Part shown: positions 58,860-64,000 of the stretch, in pieces
Numbering within the stretch: position 1 is the stretch's first letter
Layout: each line of letters starts with the position of its first letter
Program-made: the position numbers and the translations under genes
Source of the DNA: Minisyncoccia bacterium
GTDB taxonomy: Bacteria > Patescibacteriota > Minisyncoccia > Phycocordibacterales > UBA918
Direction of reading: 5' to 3'
Assembly (NCBI GenBank): GCA_041738755.1
Contig: JBGSPE010000007.1
Span: 13,079 to 77,078, forward strand
DNA length: 64,000 nt
The notes under the pieces: model-generated
The model's database searches: none
What the model saw: the letters and a program-made list of their open reading frames with translations, nothing else
Told to the model about the DNA's origin: nothing

Positions 58860-59053
58860 GATATGTAATCCTTTTCAATTTTCAAAGGTCATTTCCTGTA
58901 AAGGGTGACCGAACAAGCTGTTATTATAATAGCATAGAATTTGCTAAAAGTCAATAAAAACCTTATAAATCAAGGATAGTTTCTTAAAAGAAGGCTTATA
59001 ATATACGTACTTTATTTGCTATATGTGTCTGGGTTTTGTATGATTTGAGCCAC

Positions 59054-60094
59054 ATGAGTACTGCTACGTATAAAGACCTGAGAAGTCGGGAAGAAAAGCA
59101 GCTGGCGGCGAAAGCTGATACACGTCCACGAGTGACCTTGTCGTTCTATCGATATGTGCAAATTGCTGATCCTGAACAGTTTCGTTTGGAGCTATTAGAG
59201 GCCTGGAGTAGCTTAGAATGCCGTGGTCGTATCTACGTCGCACACGAGGGTATTAATGCGCAAATGGATGTGCTGAAGGAGCAGTGGGACGCCTTTGACG
59301 CTTTTGTGCAGAGCCGACTGGAGCTTGCTGCAGTGCCATACAAGATAGCGGTAGAAGAAGGTGAACTGCCGTCGTTTTTTAAGTTGACAATCAAGGTCAA
59401 AGATAAGATTGTGGCGGACGGTCTTGATGATGCCTCATTTGATGTGACTGATACAGGAGTGTATCTGACAGCGGCTGAAATAAATGCGTATGTCGAAGAC
59501 CCGGATGCGGTAGTGGTTGATATGCGAAATTCTTATGAGAGTGAAGTAGGTCATTTTGAAGGAGCTATTACTCCAAATGTAGAGACGTTTCGGGATGAGC
59601 TTGCTTTAGCACCTGCTCTCCTTGAACCATACAAGGATAAGAAGATTGCCCTCTACTGTACTGGTGGCATTCGTTGTGAAAAGGCCAGTGCCTGGCTCAA
59701 GCATAACGGTTTTAAGGATGTACGACACTTAAAGGGTGGGATTATTGACTACGCTCATCAAGTGAATGAGGAAGATTTAGAGAATAAATTTAAAGGGAAA
59801 AATTTTGTCTTCGATGAACGTCTCGGTGAGCGAGTGGGAGGGGAAGTGATTGCTCATTGTCACTTATGTAAAGTTACAAAGAGCGACACACACCACCATT
59901 GTAAAAATGAAGTGTGCCACGCTCTATTTATTGGATGTGATACCTGTATAGAAAAGAAACAGGGATATTGTGGAATTATCTGTCAGTTGACTGATAGATT
60001 ACCAAAGGGAATGAAAAAGCGGTACGCCAGATTCTATAACCAAGTCATCCGTAAGCGCATGAAATTTAAGAAGACGAGGTTGGTGAGTATTTAA
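59054..60094 (+). CDS. trhO: Rhodanese-domain tRNA U34 hydroxylase (TrhO/YceA family)
   Basis: GRIYVAHEGINAQ, DMRNSYE..VGHF, YCTGGIRCEK, FVFDER. Confidence 0.88.
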   Translation: MSTATYKDLRSREEKQLAAKADTRPRVTLSFYRYVQIADPEQFRLELLEAWSSLECRGRIYVAHEGINAQMDVLKEQWDAFDAFVQSRLELAAVPYKIAVEEGELPSFFKLTIKVKDKIVADGLDDASFDVTDTGVYLTAAEINAYVEDPDAVVVDMRNSYESEVGHFEGAITPNVETFRDELALAPALLEPYKDKKIALYCTGGIRCEKASAWLKHNGFKDVRHLKGGIIDYAHQVNEEDLENKFKGKNFVFDERLGERVGGEVIAHCHLCKVTKSDTHHHCKNEVCHALFIGCDTCIEKKQGYCGIICQLTDRLPKGMKKRYARFYNQVIRKRMKFKKTRLVSI

Positions 60095-60121
60095 AAAACT
60101 GCCACAGGCAGTTTTTTAAAT

Positions 60122-60346
60122 TGCGCGTGAGAGAGGCTCGGTCACAAATAATTTTGCAAACAAAATTTTCTCGACCCGTAAAACAGTGTATAGACACTGT
60201 TTTACCATTTGTTCACAAGCTCACATCATTCCGGCTTTCGAGTCCCCACGGTAGCAAAGCAGTTTGCTACCTTCTCACGCACAGACAAAAATCGCCCTCA
60301 TAAATGAGGGCTGATTTTTGTATCTGTGCGTGAGAGAGGACTCGAA
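60122..60346. mobile_element. Miniature tRNA-Leu 3'-end element with direct and inverted target copies
   Basis: Direct copy 60122-60140; inverted copy 60237-60285 interrupted by a GCAAAGCAGTTTGC hairpin. Confidence 0.65.
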
Positions 60347-60407
60347 CCTCCACAGGTCACCCTACTAGTTCCTAAGACTAGCGCGTCTACCATTCCGCCA
60401 CTCACGC
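60327..60407 (-). tRNA. tRNA-Leu(TAG)
   Basis: GCGTGAG/CTCACGC acceptor, CTAGT-CT-TAG-GA-ACTAG, long variable arm. Confidence 0.94.
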
Positions 60408-60517
60408 AATGTGGGCGAGTATAGCAGATTTCTTTGTTGGTTGCTACCAACTTGGAAAAGTCTTCCAAACATTCTAAGTCCGGACAAAAATAAAAACCCT
60501 TTCGGGTCTTTATCGTC

Positions 60518-60700
60518 GTCACAAGTCCTCAGAAAGTATATTCCTTACAGTCATTACTTTCTTGGCTCGCGACCCCGCCTCACTCGTAGCAAAGCTACAT
60601 CATGCCGGCTCGGACAGCCGTCGCAAGCAAAGCAGTTTGCTTGCTAATTAAAACAACCTCAGACTAAAAAGTCTGAGGTTGTTTTAATTCCGGCTGTCCG
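60518..60700. mobile_element. Miniature tRNA-Lys 3'-end element, same family
   Basis: GTCACAAG...CTCGCGACCCC, ACATCATGCCGGCT, inverted CGGACAGCCG, GCAAAGCAGTTTGC hairpin, 20-bp perfect IR. Confidence 0.65.
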
Positions 60701-60769
60701 CCCTCCAGGACTCGAACCTGGGACCATCTCGTTAAGAGCGAGCTGCTCTACCAACTGAGCTAAGGGCGG
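60697..60769 (-). tRNA. tRNA-Lys(CTT)
   Basis: CCGCCCT/AGGGCGG acceptor, anticodon loop CT-CTT-AA. Confidence 0.92.
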
Positions 60770-60824
60770 ATTGGTTGGTCAAGCGAGTTTACAACAAAGT
60801 AGACCTCGACACAAGTCACTTTTG

Positions 60825-60897
60825 AGTCCTGGGTGGGAGTCGAACCCACGTATGGCGGTTTTGCAAACCGCAGCGTTAACCACTTCGCCACCAGGAC
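60825..60897 (-). tRNA. tRNA-Cys(GCA)
   Basis: GTCCTGG/CCAGGAC acceptor, U73, GCGGT-TT-GCA-AA-ACCGC. Confidence 0.94.
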
Positions 60898-60988
60898 AGT
60901 ACGGCCCACTATATCACCATTTACCTAAAACAAAAATAACAATTTGGGGGAATACTTGTTATTATGTGAGTATAATCACGTTTACCAT

Positions 60989-61477
60989 ATGGCAACACGT
61001 CGTTGGACAATTAAAGACTTAAAGACAGCAGTGAAATCATCTCACAGCACCCGTGAAGTTATTTTTAAATTAGGTTTAATCCCAGCGGGTGGGAATTATG
61101 AGCAAATAAAAACCGCAATATTTGAGAATAAAATTTCAACTACACATTTTACCGGTAAGGGATGGCGAATAAACCGGACGTTCGCACCAAACCCGCGCAT
61201 CCCACTTTCAAATATATTGGTAGGTCACTCAAAATTTCAAAGCTTCAAACTCAAAAAGCGATTATTTACAGAGGGTTTAAAGTTACAAAAGTGCGAGCTG
61301 TGTGGCTGGGCAGAACAATCACAAGATGGTAGAATCCCTCTCGAACTCGATCATATCAATGGTGACCGTTATGACAATAGAATAGAAAATCTAAGGATTC
61401 TCTGTCCAAATTGTCACAGCTTACAACCTACGCATCGAGGGATGAATCAAAAACGCCGGGTGAAGCAGAAGCCCTAG
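60989..61477 (+). CDS. Free-standing HNH endonuclease
   Basis: CELCG...[26 protein letters not shown]; AT-rich; N-terminal HTH-like segment. Confidence 0.9.
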   Translation: MATRRWTIKDLKTAVKSSHSTREVIFKLGLIPAGGNYEQIKTAIFENKISTTHFTGKGWRINRTFAPNPRIPLSNILVGHSKFQSFKLKKRLFTEGLKLQKCELCGWAEQSQDGRIPLELDHINGDRYDNRIENLRILCPNCHSLQPTHRGMNQKRRVKQKP

Positions 61478-61483
61478 CAATAG

Positions 61484-61566
61484 GCCAGGGTGGTGGAATG
61501 GTAGACACGCGACACTTAAAATGTCGTGGGAGAAATCCCGTATGGGTTCGAGTCCCATCCCCGGCA
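61484..61566 (+). tRNA. tRNA-Leu(TAA)
   Basis: CGACA-CT-TAA-AA-TGTCG anticodon arm, long variable arm, one A-C mismatch in the acceptor stem. Confidence 0.9.
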
Positions 61567-61617
61567 CAATAATTGTCAAAAACCCCGGCCAGTATGGCCG
61601 AGGTTTTTGTTTGTCAC

Positions 61618-61959
61618 TTACTTCAAACTCTGCTTCTGAATTTCTTGGAATACTTCATCGACATGTTGTCGGTGTCGTTCACCGGCATCAACCATGAAAT
61701 CAAAGTGGGGGATACGTTTCATTCGAGCCTTCTCCTTAATATAGTTTCGGACACTGGTGCCGCTTCGTTTGAGGAAAATAAGGGCATCAGCTTCCTTTCC
61801 ATCTGGAATAGTCGTAAAGAATACAATCGCTTTTTTAAGGTCAGGTGAAACGTCTACTCGCGTAACAGTAATCATCGGGCTGGTGTTAGCCTCGTGTAAG
61901 ATAAAGGTCGCTACATGCTCCTTCAATAAATTTCCAACTTTTGCTTGGCGTTCTGACAT
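61618..61959 (-). CDS. rbfA: Ribosome-binding factor A
   Basis: [22 protein letters not shown]; downstream of infB. Confidence 0.9.
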   Translation of the reverse strand: MSERQAKVGNLLKEHVATFILHEANTSPMITVTRVDVSPDLKKAIVFFTTIPDGKEADALIFLKRSGTSVRNYIKEKARMKRIPHFDFMVDAGERHRQHVDEVFQEIQKQSLK

Positions 61960-61965
61960 ACTAGT

Positions 61966-63471
61966 TTAGGTAATTACGATATCGTGAGGCTTGAGGACGT
62001 CACCAGGGGCAATTTCAGTTCGGGTCTCGAGCTGCATGCCAAATTCTCCTTCTTCAACGTGCTGTACGTCAGACTTGTATTGTTGAAGGTTCTTAACTGT
62101 ACCGTGACCAATTTCAATATCCCGACGAAGAATGGTTACTCGTTGGTTCATTTTAATAGTTCCTTCTTCTACTCGAGCACCGAGGACGTGGGTATACTTC
62201 TGGGTACTGAAGTGCTTGAGGATTTTGGCTGCTCCAGTAATAACTTTCTCCTCTTTTTTTGGCGTTCGGTTCTTGAGGGCGGTATTGAGCCACTCTGAAA
62301 GTTCATAAATAATTGAGAAGGTATCAATCTCAACTCCAAGTCGTTCAGCTAAGTCTTTAGCTGGGCGTTCAACTTTTACGTTAAATCCTACAATGATAGA
62401 GTTTTCCGTTGCACTCACATTCTGAACGTCACTGACACTGATATCTCCCACACTGGTTCCGATGACACGGACCGTGATGCGGTCTGATTCAAATTTACTG
62501 AGTTCGTGTTGGATAGCTTCAATAGTCCCGTTCACATCTGCCTTGATAAGGATAGGGACGGTAGGGAGGCTTGATCGCACCACAATCTCATTTGGTTCAG
62601 GTACTGAGGTATCGGCCGCAGTCATGGCAGCCTCGGCTTCTTTTTTGTTTGCGTAGGCAAAGAATCGTGTCCCTACTTCTGGGATACTATCAAATCCTAC
62701 AATCTGAACTGGAGCTGAGAGACTAGCTTCTTTGAGAGTCTTGCCTTGGAAATCTTCCATGATACGAACGGGTGCTAGAGCGCTACCAGCAATCACGACC
62801 TGACCGCTTTTGAGAGTACCGTTTGTAATGAGTAAGGTTGCTGTGTTGCCTCGTTTGGTATCGAGATTACTTTCGATGATATGTCCGGTAGCGAGCGCTC
62901 CCGCATCACCAGTAAGTTCTTGCAGGTCTGCAGTAAGGATAACGAGATCAAGGAGGTCATCTATACCAGTCCCGGATTTAGCAGAAATCGGTGTCCATGG
63001 AATATCACCACCCATGCCTTCAATATAGATTTCATGTTCAATGAGGCTTGCTTGGGTGCGAGGGATGTCGGCTCCTGGCTTGTCGATTTTGTTGATAGCC
63101 ACAATGTAGGGAATATTGGCTTGCTTGATTGAGGCAAGGGCTTCCATAGTTTGTGGCTTTACGCCGTCCTCAGCCGATACAATCAAAATCGCGACATCAG
63201 CGACGTCAGCGCCACGCAGACGCATCTTTTGGAACGCTTCGTGACCGGGAGTGTCGAGGAAGGTAATAGTCTCATGATTACCATCTTTAGTCGTATGTGG
63301 CACCACATAAGCAGAAAGGTGCTGGGTAATACCACCAGCTTCGCCATCAACGATGTTACTTTTGCGAATCGTATCAAGCAGCGTTGATTTGCCATGGTCA
63401 ATATGGCCCATCACCACCACAATCGGCGGTCGCTTGATGATTTGTTCGATTTGTTTTGTTTTCTTGGCCAT
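61966..63471 (-). CDS. infB: Translation initiation factor IF-2 (no N-terminal domain)
   Basis: RPPIVVVMGHIDHGKSTLLD, GGITQH, DTPGHEAF, NKID. Confidence 0.96.
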   Translation of the reverse strand: MAKKTKQIEQIIKRPPIVVVMGHIDHGKSTLLDTIRKSNIVDGEAGGITQHLSAYVVPHTTKDGNHETITFLDTPGHEAFQKMRLRGADVADVAILIVSAEDGVKPQTMEALASIKQANIPYIVAINKIDKPGADIPRTQASLIEHEIYIEGMGGDIPWTPISAKSGTGIDDLLDLVILTADLQELTGDAGALATGHIIESNLDTKRGNTATLLITNGTLKSGQVVIAGSALAPVRIMEDFQGKTLKEASLSAPVQIVGFDSIPEVGTRFFAYANKKEAEAAMTAADTSVPEPNEIVVRSSLPTVPILIKADVNGTIEAIQHELSKFESDRITVRVIGTSVGDISVSDVQNVSATENSIIVGFNVKVERPAKDLAERLGVEIDTFSIIYELSEWLNTALKNRTPKKEEKVITGAAKILKHFSTQKYTHVLGARVEEGTIKMNQRVTILRRDIEIGHGTVKNLQQYKSDVQHVEEGEFGMQLETRTEIAPGDVLKPHDIVIT

Positions 63472-63581
63472 AGACACGATACATTGGTAAAACCACCAGA
63501 CTTTGGTGGCACTGCTAAATTAATGTGTGGCAGTATAGCAGAGATTTACATATTTATCACGTCGTGTCATGATTTTGGGTA

Positions 63582-64000
63582 ATGTTTAAAAAGCCCCGGG
63601 TCTATCTTGACTATGCTGCAGCCACACCGCTCTCCCCGGCGGCATTTTCGGCAATGAAGCCGTGGCTCTTGGATAGCTACGCAAATGCGAGCGCGATACA
63701 CGCTGAAGGCCTGGCTGCGCGTCAGGCGGTAGAGGCAGCACGCGAGCAGGTAGCTGATGTAGTAAAAGTTCGACCTGAGTACGTGACATTTGTGAGTGGA
63801 GGAACTGAAGCAAACAATCTAGGTCTTTTTGGAACGGTTGAGTATCTCAAAAACCAAGGTCGAACCTATGAGTCGATGGAAGTTATTACGACTGCGATTG
63901 AGCACCCGTCTATTACTGAAGCAATGAAGGAGCTCACAAGTAAGGGTGTGAAGGTCTTAACAGTTAATGTAAATTCAGAAGGAAAAATTGATCGTAACCA
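63582..64000 (+). CDS. Cysteine desulfurase (IscS/NifS family), partial
   Basis: MFKKPRVYLDYAAATP...ANASAIH...FVSGGTEANN...IEHPSI; runs off the window end (not in ORF track). Confidence 0.9.
   Translation, partial: MFKKPRVYLDYAAATPLSPAAFSAMKPWLLDSYANASAIHAEGLAARQAVEAAREQVADVVKVRPEYVTFVSGGTEANNLGLFGTVEYLKNQGRTYESMEVITTAIEHPSITEAMKELTSKGVKVLTVNVNSEGKIDRN

Noticed and set aside
60122-60700. CRISPR array
   Set aside because: The repeats are neither regularly spaced nor identical, and no cas genes are present
1-64000. Alternative genetic code (TGA=Gly as in Gracilibacteria/Absconditabacteria)
   Set aside because: RF2 is present, conserved genes are intact under code 11, and TGA serves as a stop in coupled overlaps

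Overview
This 64-kb window looks like core chromosome from a small-genome Patescibacteria (CPR) bacterium, probably Parcubacteria. That placement is inferred from a trimmed RF2, an IF2 lacking its N-terminal domain, a ValRS without its C-terminal coiled coil, a degenerate HisRS paralogue and a tandem array of VirB2/TrbC-type pilins. It carries housekeeping genes (prfB, ftsEX, pyrG, lepA, valS, tsaD, glmS, ftsAZ, rpsA, gyrA, infB and others), 9 tRNAs and RNase P RNA. I found no CRISPR array, rRNA, transposase or integrase. The most interesting signals are non-coding. (1) A ~480-nt, ORF-free, densely paired and apparently pseudoknotted RNA with its own sigma70 promoter and terminator lies at 48315-48798 (- strand), amid separately transcribed Shine-Dalgarno-led 31-42 aa micro-ORFs around rpsA. 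(2) A family of ~120-220 bp hairpin elements sits at the 3' ends of tRNA-Leu, tRNA-Lys, tRNA-Arg and ftsZ. Each carries a fold-back (inverted) copy of its own target, and two also carry a displaced direct copy; a related duplication lies at msrA. (3) All nine tRNAs end N73-C-A rather than CCA. (4) Many core genes look leaderless while accessory ORFs use strong SD sites. All structures were read by eye; no folding or database searches were run.
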